Shown here piece by piece: positions 8,517 to 18,126 of a DNA stretch of 62,864 nucleotides; the first letter of the stretch is position 1, and every line of letters begins with the position of its first letter. Both the position numbers and the translations under genes were made by a program. This stretch comes from a virus (taxonomy: Duplodnaviria > Caudoviricetes): IMG/VR virus record IMGVR_UViG_3300032327_001079, positions 1-62,864 of that record; one strand, given 5' to 3'. The notes beneath the pieces are model-generated. The model did not search any database, had not been told where the DNA came from, and was given only the letters and a program-made list of their open reading frames with translations.

Positions 8517-10619
8517 ATGGCAGAAAAAATTTTAAGTCCTGGCGTATTCCAAAATGAATCTGACCAATCGTTAGTTCAAAGAGGTATTCAAGGGACGTCA
8601 ACAGCAATCGTTGGCCCTACCGTATTAGGCCAACCATTAGTTCCAACTTATGTTACCTCATATAGTGAGTTTGTATCTAAGTTTGGTGAAACTTTTAAAA
8701 GTGGTAGTTACTACTACGAATATCTTACATCATTAGCAGCTAAAGATTATTTTAACAATGGTGGTCAAACATTATTAGTTACTAAAATAATTAGTGGTTC
8801 TGCAAATGTTGGTACATATGCTCAATCCGCTATTTACGATGTATCTGGACTTTCTGCTACTGCAAGTGTTAATATTAGTGCTTCTAAAGTAGATGGAGCT
8901 ACATTTCAACTTACTGGATCTGCAGATTTTACTACTTCTGCCTCTTTTGGTTTATTTTTTATTACCTCTAGTACAACTCAAATAGATGCTCCTCCCACAT
9001 ACTATATAATTAGTGGTTCTACTATTGCTGATAATGTTTCTAATATAGTAGCTAAAATTAACACATTAACCTCTAGATTTAATATTACTGCTTCTGTACT
9101 TGCTACAACAAGCATGTCTTTATCAACTACATTGTATAATGATAGTGAAATATTAGGTAATGGATTTAAATTTGTAAGTGGTGGTTTAACAACTAATTTA
9201 GGTGGTGCTAGAAACGCTTCTACTACATTTACTCTTGAGACAATAGCTTGGGGTGACCAAATGAATAATAGTGGTGGTGCTGTATCTGGTTCGTTTACTA
9301 ATGGTGCCTTACCAAGTGGTAGTTCACTTAATGTTCGTTGGGAAATTACAAATGTAAATACAGGAAGTGGTTTATTTAGTTTAGCCATCCGCGCAGGTAA
9401 TGACAATAACTCTCAGCCTAACTATCTTGAAACATGGCCTAATCTATCATTAGACCCAGCATTACCTAACTTTATTTCTCGTGTAATTGGAGATATTAAA
9501 CCCGTTTATCGTTTAGATAGTGATGGTGCTCCTTATATTGATACTGTTGGTTCATATGCTAATGCTTCTAAATATGTTCGTATTAAATCTATAACTACTC
9601 CTCAAGTAGATTCTATTGATAATAACGGTAATTTTAAAGCATCACAATACAGTAGTAGTCTACCTACAAGTGCTATAGTATCCTCAAATGGTTCATTTGC
9701 TGGAGGTGTTGCTACAACAACTGCAACTCAATTAATGAATGAAAGTATTACAGCAACAAACGTTCAAGGATTCGCTGCTGCTGATTATCAAGCTGCATTT
9801 GCTCTATTATCAAATAGCGACGAATATCAATTCAATGTATTACTAGCACCTGGTGTTACTTTAGATAATGCTGCTTCTGCATATATGATTTCTACTTGTG
9901 AAGGTAGAGGTGATGCCATTGCAGTTGTAGATACTAAATTATATGGTCAAGTAGTAACAGCTGCTGCTCAAGCTGCTGCTGGTCAATCAAGCAACTATGC
10001 TGCTACATATTGGCCTTGGGTTCAATTATATTCAAGCGCATTAGGTAAAGCTGTATGGGCTCCTGCCTCTACAGTGATGGGGGGTGTGTTCGCATTTAAC
10101 GATCAAGTTGGGGCTGAATGGTTTGCTCCTGCAGGGTTAAATCGTGGAGGTGTACCTTCAGTATTAAAAGCTGAGCGTAAATTAACCCAAAACGATCGTG
10201 ATGTATTATATCAAGCAAATGTTAACCCATTAGCTACATTCCCTGGAGAAGGTGTTGTAGTGTTTGGTCAGAAAACATTGCAGCGTAAAGCAACAGCACT
10301 TGATCGTGTAAACGTTCGTCGTTTGTTGATTGCTCTTAAAGGATATATTGGTCAAGTTGCTAATAACTTAGTATTTGAACAAAATACTAACGTAACACGC
10401 AACCGTTTCTTATCTCAAGTTAATCCATATCTTGAATCAGTAGTACAACGTCAAGGCTTATATGCTTATAAAGTTGTAATGGATGATACAAATAATACAC
10501 CTGATGTAATAGATAGAAATCAGTTAGTAGGTCAGATTTACATCCAACCAACTAAAACTGCTGAATTTATTATATTGAATTTTAACGTATTACCAACTGG
10601 CGCTACATTCCCTGCATAG
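8517..10619 (+). CDS. Tail sheath protein (T4 gp18-like)
   Basis: N-terminal SPGV..E.D.S; C-terminal WFAPAGLNRG, VNP, GQKTL, DRVNVRRL, FEQN, P.KTAEFI. Confidence 0.95.
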   Translation: MAEKILSPGVFQNESDQSLVQRGIQGTSTAIVGPTVLGQPLVPTYVTSYSEFVSKFGETFKSGSYYYEYLTSLAAKDYFNNGGQTLLVTKIISGSANVGTYAQSAIYDVSGLSATASVNISASKVDGATFQLTGSADFTTSASFGLFFITSSTTQIDAPPTYYIISGSTIADNVSNIVAKINTLTSRFNITASVLATTSMSLSTTLYNDSEILGNGFKFVSGGLTTNLGGARNASTTFTLETIAWGDQMNNSGGAVSGSFTNGALPSGSSLNVRWEITNVNTGSGLFSLAIRAGNDNNSQPNYLETWPNLSLDPALPNFISRVIGDIKPVYRLDSDGAPYIDTVGSYANASKYVRIKSITTPQVDSIDNNGNFKASQYSSSLPTSAIVSSNGSFAGGVATTTATQLMNESITATNVQGFAAADYQAAFALLSNSDEYQFNVLLAPGVTLDNAASAYMISTCEGRGDAIAVVDTKLYGQVVTAAAQAAAGQSSNYAATYWPWVQLYSSALGKAVWAPASTVMGGVFAFNDQVGAEWFAPAGLNRGGVPSVLKAERKLTQNDRDVLYQANVNPLATFPGEGVVVFGQKTLQRKATALDRVNVRRLLIALKGYIGQVANNLVFEQNTNVTRNRFLSQVNPYLESVVQRQGLYAYKVVMDDTNNTPDVIDRNQLVGQIYIQPTKTAEFIILNFNVLPTGATFPA

Positions 10620-10641
10620 GTTAATATAGTAATAAAATAAT

Positions 10642-10672
10642 AAAGCTGCAACGAAAGTTGCGGCTTTTATTT
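10642..10672 (+). terminator. Rho-independent terminator after sheath
   Basis: AAAGCTGCAAC-GAAA-GTTGCGGCTTT followed by T-rich tract. Confidence 0.8.
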
Positions 10673-10710
10673 TCTTCATATATTTATATTTGACGTAAAT
10701 GAAATAATAT

Positions 10711-11373
10711 ATGAAAACATGTACAAAATGTAATGTGGAACAACCACTAGATAACTTTTCAAAAGACAGTAAAGGTAAATTTGGCGTTAAGAGTCGATGT
10801 AAAGTATGTATTAAAGAATATGATACTGAATATAATAAAGCAAATATAGATAAAGCGCAACAATATTATATTAATAATAAAGAGCGTATAAATGAACAAT
10901 CTAAACAATATTACATTTTAAATCAAGAATACCATAATGAAAAAAATAAAACATATGGGAAAGATAACCCTGAAGTACGCCGTAAAGCAACAGCAAAATA
11001 CCTAAAAAACAACCCAGAGTATTATAATAGCTATCGTAAACAACGCTATAATAACGACCCACAATTTAAATTAAGGATAATATTAGGTAATAGATTAAAT
11101 GAAGTATTAAAAAAGAATAAAACATATAAAACATCTAATATCATTGAATTATTAGGATGTTCATTAGATGAAGTAAAAGAGTATTTAGAAAAACAATTTA
11201 CTGCTGATATGAACTGGAAAAATCATGGTATTTATTGGGAGGTAGATCATATTTTACCTTGTGATTATTTTAATTTATCTGATATAGAACAACAAAAACA
11301 ATGCTTCCATTATACTAATCTTCAACCACTAACTAAAATAGATAACCGAATCAAATCTAATAAAGTATTGTAG
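10711..11373 (+). CDS. Free-standing HNH homing endonuclease
   Basis: N-terminal CxxC...CxxC; C-terminal WEVDHILP...CFHYTNLQPL...N..K. Confidence 0.85.
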   Translation: MKTCTKCNVEQPLDNFSKDSKGKFGVKSRCKVCIKEYDTEYNKANIDKAQQYYINNKERINEQSKQYYILNQEYHNEKNKTYGKDNPEVRRKATAKYLKNNPEYYNSYRKQRYNNDPQFKLRIILGNRLNEVLKKNKTYKTSNIIELLGCSLDEVKEYLEKQFTADMNWKNHGIYWEVDHILPCDYFNLSDIEQQKQCFHYTNLQPLTKIDNRIKSNKVL

Positions 11374-11437
11374 CTTTCTAACATCTCACATATTTATACC
11401 CAGAATAATTTAATAATAAAATTAAAATTTAAACGAT

Positions 11438-11926
11438 ATGCCTGTTCTAGATAGCAACGAGATTATGTTTACTGCTTTTGAACCCAAAGTTCCAAATCGC
11501 TTTATCATGTATATTGATGGTATCCCATCATATTTGATTAAGAAAGCGTCGGCTCCTGGATTTGAAGCTGGTGAAATTATATTAGACCACATTAATGTTT
11601 ACCGTAAAGTTAAAGGTAAAGTAAAGTGGAATGACATGACTTTAGAATTATACGATCCCGTAACCCCATCTGGCGCACAAGCCGTAATGGAATGGGCTCG
11701 TCTAGCACACGAATCAGTAACTGGTCGTGATGGATATTCCGATTTTTATAAGAAAGATTTAACATTAGATATTTTAGGACCTGTAGGTGATGTAGTAGGT
11801 GAGTGGATTATCAAAGGTGCTTATTGTAAAACCGCTACTTTTGGGGATTATGATTGGTCATCTGGTGATGCTGCAATTACATTATCATTATCAATTGCTA
11901 TGGATTATTGTGTATTGAATTTCTAG
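11438..11926 (+). CDS. Tail tube protein (T4 gp19-like)
   Basis: FEPK..NRF, W..M.L.LYDP, GY..FYKKD, W.IKGA motifs; position after sheath. Confidence 0.9.
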   Translation: MPVLDSNEIMFTAFEPKVPNRFIMYIDGIPSYLIKKASAPGFEAGEIILDHINVYRKVKGKVKWNDMTLELYDPVTPSGAQAVMEWARLAHESVTGRDGYSDFYKKDLTLDILGPVGDVVGEWIIKGAYCKTATFGDYDWSSGDAAITLSLSIAMDYCVLNF

Positions 11927-11947
11927 TTTAATTGTATTTATTTTAAG

Positions 11948-11976
11948 AGACGTTTGCTTCGGCAAGCGTCTTTTTT
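11948..11976 (+). terminator. Rho-independent terminator after tail tube
   Basis: AGACGTTTGC-TTCG-GCAAGCGTCT followed by T run. Confidence 0.85.
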
Positions 11977-12031
11977 GTTTGTAATATGTATTGCAAACGA
12001 TGAAAGGAAAATCATTCATGTTTATAAAGAT

Positions 12032-12060
12032 AGGTGTCTACTTTGGTAGATACCTTTTTT
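12032..12060 (+). terminator. Second terminator-like hairpin
   Basis: AGGTGTCTAC-TTTG-GTAGATACCT followed by T run. Confidence 0.7.
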
Positions 12061-12096
12061 CTACATATATTTATATATACACAAATAAAATAGTTT

Positions 12097-12855
12097 ATGG
12101 CAGAATTAAAAATCCCAACAGAAACAGTTACATTACCATCAAAAGGCTTACTGTATCCCGAGACATCACCACTAGCTAAAGGTGAAATTGAAATGAAATA
12201 TATGACAGCTAAGGAAGAAGATATTCTTTCCAATAGCAACTATATTAAAAACGGAACCGTAATTGATAAATTACTTCAAGCTCTAATTATCACCCCTATC
12301 GATTATAGTGAATTGTTAGTAGGTGATAAAAATGCAATATTAATTGCAGCTCGTGTATTGGGATATGGTAAAGATTATAGTTTTAAATACACAAATACAG
12401 ACCGAAATGAAGTAGAAGTAAATGTTGATTTATCTAAATTAGAAGATAAAAAAATAGACGAAACTCTATATAAAAGAGGCTTAAATGAATTTAATTTCAC
12501 CTTCCCTCACTCAAACAATTTAATTACATTCAAGTTATTAACACACGGTGATGAACAAAAGATTGAAGCTGAAATTAAAGGATTGAAAAAAATCAACCCA
12601 AATGCTACTACTGATGTTACAACACGCTTAAAACACATGATCACCTCAGTAGAAGGTAAACGTGATCAAAAAGATATTCGTGAATTTGTAGATAGTTATC
12701 TTATTGCAAAAGATGCAAGAGCACTTCGTGAATATTATAATAAAATATCACCAGATGTCAATATGGTATTTATACCTGAAGATGAAAATTATACAGGGGA
12801 GGGTATAAATATTCCTATTTCTCTTAACTTTTTTTGGCCTGACTCCGGAGTATAG
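12097..12855 (+). CDS. Baseplate hub assembly / tail assembly chaperone (T4 gp26-like)
   Basis: LPSKG..Y, MTAKEEDIL, GDKNAILIAAR..GYG, C-terminal FFWP; lies between tube and tape measure. Confidence 0.75.
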   Translation: MAELKIPTETVTLPSKGLLYPETSPLAKGEIEMKYMTAKEEDILSNSNYIKNGTVIDKLLQALIITPIDYSELLVGDKNAILIAARVLGYGKDYSFKYTNTDRNEVEVNVDLSKLEDKKIDETLYKRGLNEFNFTFPHSNNLITFKLLTHGDEQKIEAEIKGLKKINPNATTDVTTRLKHMITSVEGKRDQKDIREFVDSYLIAKDARALREYYNKISPDVNMVFIPEDENYTGEGINIPISLNFFWPDSGV

Positions 12856-13111
12856 ATTACATTTATTCAAACAAATACATGAAATAGTATTTCATGGTGG
12901 TGGTGGGTACGATTGGAACACAGTATATAATATGCCTATTTGGCTTCGTCGCTTTACGTTTGAAATGCTAAGAGAACATTTTGAAAAACAAAATGAAGAA
13001 GCAGAGAAACAACAAAATATGCTTAAAAACAATGGTAAAAGCAAAGGTGAATTATCACGACCCAATATAGCTCCAAAACCGACATATACAACAAAGGCGC
13101 CACGAAAGTAG
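12830..13111 (+). CDS. Downstream tail-assembly chaperone segment (gp51-like/GT-type), probably reached by frameshift from 12097..12855; not in ORF track
   Basis: +1 frame open 12809-13111: FFGLTPEYRLHLFKQIHEIVFHGGGGYDWNTVYNMPIWLRRF...; first ATG only at 12932. Confidence 0.65.
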   Translation, partial: FFGLTPEYRLHLFKQIHEIVFHGGGGYDWNTVYNMPIWLRRFTFEMLREHFEKQNEEAEKQQNMLKNNGKSKGELSRPNIAPKPTYTTKAPRK

Positions 13112-13118
13112 GCGCCTT
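13094..13118 (+). terminator. Hairpin / possible terminator
   Basis: AAGGCGCCAC-GAAA-GTAGGCGCCTT; weak T tail. Confidence 0.5.
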
Positions 13119-13146
13119 CAATATTTATATGATGTAACATTATATT

Positions 13147-15411
13147 ATGGCCGAACTAACACCGGAACAGATAAAATTAGAACAACAGCGACTCGATTTG
13201 CTTCAAAAGCAAAATACGGCTGCTAAAGAACTAGAAGGAACCTATAAAAGCATTGAAAAGTCAGGAAGACGATTAACAGATGATGAAAAGGAATTACTAG
13301 AATTTACTAAAGATATATCTAGCTTTTCTTCTACTATAGAAAAATCAATTCAAAAAAGAGTATCAGGTACTGCTACTTCTAAAGATTTATCTAAATCTAT
13401 TAAAGAATTAGAGTATGATAAACTCCAAAATGAGAGAAAATATCAAGATATTACTCAAAAGATTAATACTCAAAAAGCCACTGCTCTAACACAAGCAAGA
13501 GAATTAGCTAGAAAAGAAAGAAGTATTCAATCTACATTAACAGAGGAATTAAGAGCACAAGATGATATATTAGATGAAATAGATAGATTAAAAAGAGCAG
13601 GAGGCCCCACAGCTGCTGCTGCTATATCAGCAAAAAGAAATGAATTAAAACTTAATAAAGAAGCTATATCTGATCTTCAAGCTGGTTTAAAAAAAACAAT
13701 AGAACAAAAAAATCAACAAAAAGAATTAGTTAGAAATCTAAAAGCATCTGAAGAAGCTCATAGAAAAATTATAGAAGAACAAGAAAAAGAATTAGTACTA
13801 GCAAAAGAAGCTCTAAAACAAAAACAAAAAGAAGAATTACTTAACGAAGTAAAAAAACAACTTAGACTAGATGAGCTAAAAGAAATGTTTACCTTAGCGG
13901 GTATATTTAAAATGATAATAGATGCTGGTCTTCGTTTTAATAAAACTTCTGTAGAAATAGGTAAAAACTTAGGTTACGGAGCATACAATGCCAATAGAGT
14001 AACTGAAAGTCTAGTTGATATAGCAAACCATTCAGACAATGTAAATGTTACTTTGAAGAATGCTGCTGAAGCTATGAGTGAACTAAATACAGCAACTGGA
14101 GGAGTAGCAGAATATTCAGCTGATACTTTAGAAACTCAGATATTATTAACTAAGCAATTTGGATTAACTGGAGAAGAGGCAGCAGGAATATATAAGTTTT
14201 CTACTTTAAGTGGTAAAGCATCTTCTCAAATTAATGAGGAAATGGCTGGAGCTTTTGCTTCAACTAGAAACATGGTTAAGGGATCAGCTAATTTTAAAAC
14301 AACAATGGCTGAGGTGTCTAAAACATCAGGTCAATTAGCAGCCAATTTTCAAAACAATCCAGCTGAAATAACTAAAGCTGTAGTTCAAGCTCAAGCATTA
14401 GGCACTTCTTTAGAACAGGTAGCAAAACAAGGAGAAACTCTTCTTAATTTTGAATCATCAATTGAAAATGAATTAAAAGCAGAATTATTAACAGGTAAAC
14501 AACTTAATCTAGAAAGAGCCAGAGCGGCTGCTTTAGCTGGGGACCAAATTGCCTTAGCTGAAGAATTAAATAAAAATGTAGGTACATTAGAGGATTTTCA
14601 AAAAATGAATGTACTACAACAAAAATCTTTAGCTGAGGCTATGGGGCTAACTGCCGATCAACTAGCTGATCAATTAAGAAAGCAAAAAATAGCTCAAGAA
14701 CAAGGTAAATCATTAGTAGAAATAACTAAAGAAGAAGCATTAGAAGCAGAAAAAAGGCAAGCAATACAAGACAAATTTAACGCGGCTATTCTTAAATTAC
14801 AAGATTTTATAGGTAATTTAGTAGCAGGTCCTGTTGCTATACTTTTAGAAATGCTTACTGATGCTTTGGTTGTTGTAGGAAAAATTTTATATCCAATACA
14901 ACTTCTATTTGATCTTACTAAAGCTATAGGAAGCACTATTGGTGGGTGGATGGATAAATTGGGAATTATAGGAACAATATTAAAAGGAATAGCAAGTATA
15001 GCTATTATATTTGCTGCATATTCCGCCTATGCTTCTTTAGCTGCAATTCCTGTAGTAGGACCCGTATTGGGAGGAGTAGCAGCTGCTGCTATTACTGCTG
15101 GTGGTTTTGCTATGTTAAACTCTAAAAAAGGAGATGATATATTATCTGAAGGGGGGTATGGCAAACGTACCCTATTATCACCCGAAGGTGCTATTAAATT
15201 AAATGATAAAGATACTGTAATAGCTGGTACTAATTTAGGTGGTAGTAGCGGTGGTGTATCAATGCCTCAAATTGACCTCACACCAATGATAGCAGCAATT
15301 AATGAAGTTAGAACAGCTATTGATAGACTATACAGTAAAGATCAATCTATCAACATGGATGGTAAAAAAGTAGGCACTACATTAGTACAAGGCTCATATA
15401 AAGTAGCATAA
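13147..15411 (+). CDS. Tape measure protein
   Basis: 754 aa, coiled-coil N-terminus, A/L/E-rich helical core, hydrophobic C-terminal segment; canonical position. Confidence 0.85.
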   Translation: MAELTPEQIKLEQQRLDLLQKQNTAAKELEGTYKSIEKSGRRLTDDEKELLEFTKDISSFSSTIEKSIQKRVSGTATSKDLSKSIKELEYDKLQNERKYQDITQKINTQKATALTQARELARKERSIQSTLTEELRAQDDILDEIDRLKRAGGPTAAAAISAKRNELKLNKEAISDLQAGLKKTIEQKNQQKELVRNLKASEEAHRKIIEEQEKELVLAKEALKQKQKEELLNEVKKQLRLDELKEMFTLAGIFKMIIDAGLRFNKTSVEIGKNLGYGAYNANRVTESLVDIANHSDNVNVTLKNAAEAMSELNTATGGVAEYSADTLETQILLTKQFGLTGEEAAGIYKFSTLSGKASSQINEEMAGAFASTRNMVKGSANFKTTMAEVSKTSGQLAANFQNNPAEITKAVVQAQALGTSLEQVAKQGETLLNFESSIENELKAELLTGKQLNLERARAAALAGDQIALAEELNKNVGTLEDFQKMNVLQQKSLAEAMGLTADQLADQLRKQKIAQEQGKSLVEITKEEALEAEKRQAIQDKFNAAILKLQDFIGNLVAGPVAILLEMLTDALVVVGKILYPIQLLFDLTKAIGSTIGGWMDKLGIIGTILKGIASIAIIFAAYSAYASLAAIPVVGPVLGGVAAAAITAGGFAMLNSKKGDDILSEGGYGKRTLLSPEGAIKLNDKDTVIAGTNLGGSSGGVSMPQIDLTPMIAAINEVRTAIDRLYSKDQSINMDGKKVGTTLVQGSYKVA

Positions 15412-15441
15412 CAATTAAATATTTATATTAAACGATAAACC

Positions 15442-15741
15442 ATGGGATTATTAGACAAATTAAAAGACAGTATCTTAGGATTGGGTGGAAATAAACCACA
15501 AAATTTTGGAGTTAACCCTGCACCACCAAACTCATTACATAATTTATATTCAGTTGATGGTGAACCCAACGTAACCTGGAGACCAAGTAACGGCTCTGGA
15601 TTTAAACCACAACCCTCTAAATTAGATGAGTTAGATACTCAAGCACCTAATCTAAACCCTGTTGGCATTGTATCACAAGTATACAAATCCAAAACAGGCC
15701 GTAGATACAAAGACCTAGGACCAACCGAAGGACGTTACTAA
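15442..15741 (+). CDS. Hypothetical tail-region protein
   Basis: 99-aa P/G/N-rich ORF preceded by ATATTTAT (15419-15426). Confidence 0.65.
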   Translation: MGLLDKLKDSILGLGGNKPQNFGVNPAPPNSLHNLYSVDGEPNVTWRPSNGSGFKPQPSKLDELDTQAPNLNPVGIVSQVYKSKTGRRYKDLGPTEGRY

Positions 15742-15742
15742 T

Positions 15743-17806
15743 ATGTCACTACTTGATCTAAAAACCGACTTAAAATCACTTAAGTACGGAAGTGATCGAC
15801 CCGGTGGAGGTAACAGCGGTCAACCATACCAAAAAGTTGATATCAACACTGTTGATAGTGGCTTTAATCGTCTTCGAATGACTAAATTTGACGACGGTTT
15901 AGTAAGAGGTGGGGTTGTAGGCGCTGCTAATGCTGCTGTTGTTGATACACTCCGTATCGGGAAATTTCTTAAAGATTTTCCTAAAGGACCGTTATTCATA
16001 GTAAAACAAGTCGGTTTACAGCTATCAAATCCCGCTTTAGAAACTAAGAAAATTACCATAGGTAATGGTAGAGGTATTTTAGGATTTATAGGCAATACTT
16101 TAAGTGCTATAAATAATGCTTTAGGCCCCACTCGCATATATAATTTAGGCATCAATACAATTGCTCAAGTTCCTGTTGGAGCTTTTGGTATTCACTTCAA
16201 TAGACATGGTCTCCTACCAATTCAAGATGATCAAACCAAATATCTAGCTGTTGCCCAATTTAATAATGAAGGAGGAGGATCTCCTAATAATAGATTAGTA
16301 GGTTATAAAAGCAAATTTAAGTTAGGTGATTTTCAAGTTAATCAAAATAAAAATATTAACATACCGGGTATTGGAACTAGAGTATTTAACATTATACGTT
16401 CTTTAGGAGTTAATATTCCTAACCCGGCTAAGGATCCAACTCAACTCATAATAAGTAAATATATTGGTGGTCCTGGATCTGTTTATGGCATAGGAAATAC
16501 TATTATACAAAGATATAATTTTACTGATGATAGTGATAAAAGAACTAAAGCACTTGAAAAAAGTAAAGCTGTAGCTGGTAATTCATACCTTACTCTTAGG
16601 CCTATAGAAATTAACAATAACGCCAATCTATATCCTATATCATCAAAATATACTGGATCTATATTTATTTCATCTTTACTTTTTGATCAAAATGAAAGGC
16701 TTAATGATGATGGTAATTTAAGATCTACCTTAAATGATTTTATTGGATCTATTAAAGATTATCATGGAATAAATAAGGATAAGCAACAAAAAGTTAATAA
16801 ATATACTGATTTAGGATTATCTACCTTAACCACAGGTGATAGAGAAGACATTGATGTTACTGATTTTACTACAAAAGATGAAACCACCATAGCCTACTCT
16901 CCGTTAGCAACCGGTAATGTAGCAAAATATGCTGAGTTAAGAAAAAAAGTAGATGCCGGAAATAATATTCAACAAAATTATTTTAATACGGTTCCTGCTA
17001 TTAAAATAAATAAAAAAGCAAAAAAATATAATGCAATTGAACTTAACCGGACAAATGATATTGTTGTTGATGATGATACTTTAGCTTTACAATTTATACC
17101 TTTAGATCCATTTACTGGTGGTGCGTTACGTACATTAAAATTTTTAGGATATATAACTGACTATAGTGAAAATTATGACAGTAGTTGGAATAGTGTAAAA
17201 TATGCTGGCCGAAATGAAAATTTTTATATATTTAATGAATTTAAACGTACCGCAACTGTAGGATTTAATATTCCCTGTTTTAATGCTAAAGAATTAGAAC
17301 AAAAACATTGCGATATGAGTGAGCTAGCCTCTGTATTAGCAGGTAAATATCAAGATAATTTATTATTAGGTGGTATCATTACTAGGTTAAAAGTAGGAAG
17401 ATATATCAATGATCAACCCGGTATAATAACTAATTTAAATTTTTCTCCTATTCAAGATTCATCTTGGGATCTAGATAGGCAGTTAGCTTTTTATTTAAAA
17501 GTTAGTTTTGGATTTACTTTAATTCATAACTTCCTACCTCAATATGGTAAATGTGGATTTATTGATAGACAACCTGACCCAATCCCAGAAACAGTTCCTG
17601 AAGAGGATGATAATAAAAAAGAAGATACTAAAACTACTATAACAATTAAAGATATTGCTCCAACTTTTATAGATAGTACATTAAATGCTAATATAGCTGC
17701 AACTGAACAAAGAGCTGAGTTTGATAAAGATAAATACATAACGCCAACAAAGGCCCAAGTAGAAACTCAAAGAAAATTACTTAATAGTTTACCTTCTTCT
17801 AACTAA
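15743..17806 (+). CDS. Baseplate/tube-initiator-like structural protein
   Basis: C-terminal F.GYIT..SE.Y.SSW..VKY.GR.E.FY....F.R...F tube-like fold pattern; context. Confidence 0.6.
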   Translation: MSLLDLKTDLKSLKYGSDRPGGGNSGQPYQKVDINTVDSGFNRLRMTKFDDGLVRGGVVGAANAAVVDTLRIGKFLKDFPKGPLFIVKQVGLQLSNPALETKKITIGNGRGILGFIGNTLSAINNALGPTRIYNLGINTIAQVPVGAFGIHFNRHGLLPIQDDQTKYLAVAQFNNEGGGSPNNRLVGYKSKFKLGDFQVNQNKNINIPGIGTRVFNIIRSLGVNIPNPAKDPTQLIISKYIGGPGSVYGIGNTIIQRYNFTDDSDKRTKALEKSKAVAGNSYLTLRPIEINNNANLYPISSKYTGSIFISSLLFDQNERLNDDGNLRSTLNDFIGSIKDYHGINKDKQQKVNKYTDLGLSTLTTGDREDIDVTDFTTKDETTIAYSPLATGNVAKYAELRKKVDAGNNIQQNYFNTVPAIKINKKAKKYNAIELNRTNDIVVDDDTLALQFIPLDPFTGGALRTLKFLGYITDYSENYDSSWNSVKYAGRNENFYIFNEFKRTATVGFNIPCFNAKELEQKHCDMSELASVLAGKYQDNLLLGGIITRLKVGRYINDQPGIITNLNFSPIQDSSWDLDRQLAFYLKVSFGFTLIHNFLPQYGKCGFIDRQPDPIPETVPEEDDNKKEDTKTTITIKDIAPTFIDSTLNANIAATEQRAEFDKDKYITPTKAQVETQRKLLNSLPSSN

Positions 17807-17812
17807 AATAAT

Positions 17813-18121
17813 ATGGATCGCTACGATAATGCCACAATATTAAAAACAGAATTTACAAATAGGCCCTACTACAAAGGAAAACAATATCCAAATATTCCTT
17901 TGTCAGAGTCTGATGTGTATGTTATCACTACTGTAGGTGATAGATTAGATTCGTTAGCTTATAGTTATTATGGTGATTCTACATTGTGGTGGATGATAGC
18001 AGCAGCTAATAATAACGCCACTAAAGGCGCTTTATTTCCTATCCCCGGTACTCAATTAAGAATACCAACAAATGTAAATAGCGTTTTACAACAATTTAAT
18101 CAATTTAATAAAGCAAGATAA
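17813..18121 (+). CDS. LysM-like baseplate wedge protein (gp53/tail X-like)
   Basis: GDRLDSLAYSYYGDSTLWWMIAAAN...PGTQLRIP. Confidence 0.85.
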   Translation: MDRYDNATILKTEFTNRPYYKGKQYPNIPLSESDVYVITTVGDRLDSLAYSYYGDSTLWWMIAAANNNATKGALFPIPGTQLRIPTNVNSVLQQFNQFNKAR

Positions 18122-18126
18122 ATGTT

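Noticed and set aside
11991-12239. ORFs 11991..12179 (+) and 12012..12239 (-)
   Set aside because: They run across terminator hairpins and overlap the chaperone gene; no protein-like features
12892-13140. 82-aa minus-strand ORF
   Set aside because: Antisense to the better-supported plus-strand chaperone extension at 12830..13111
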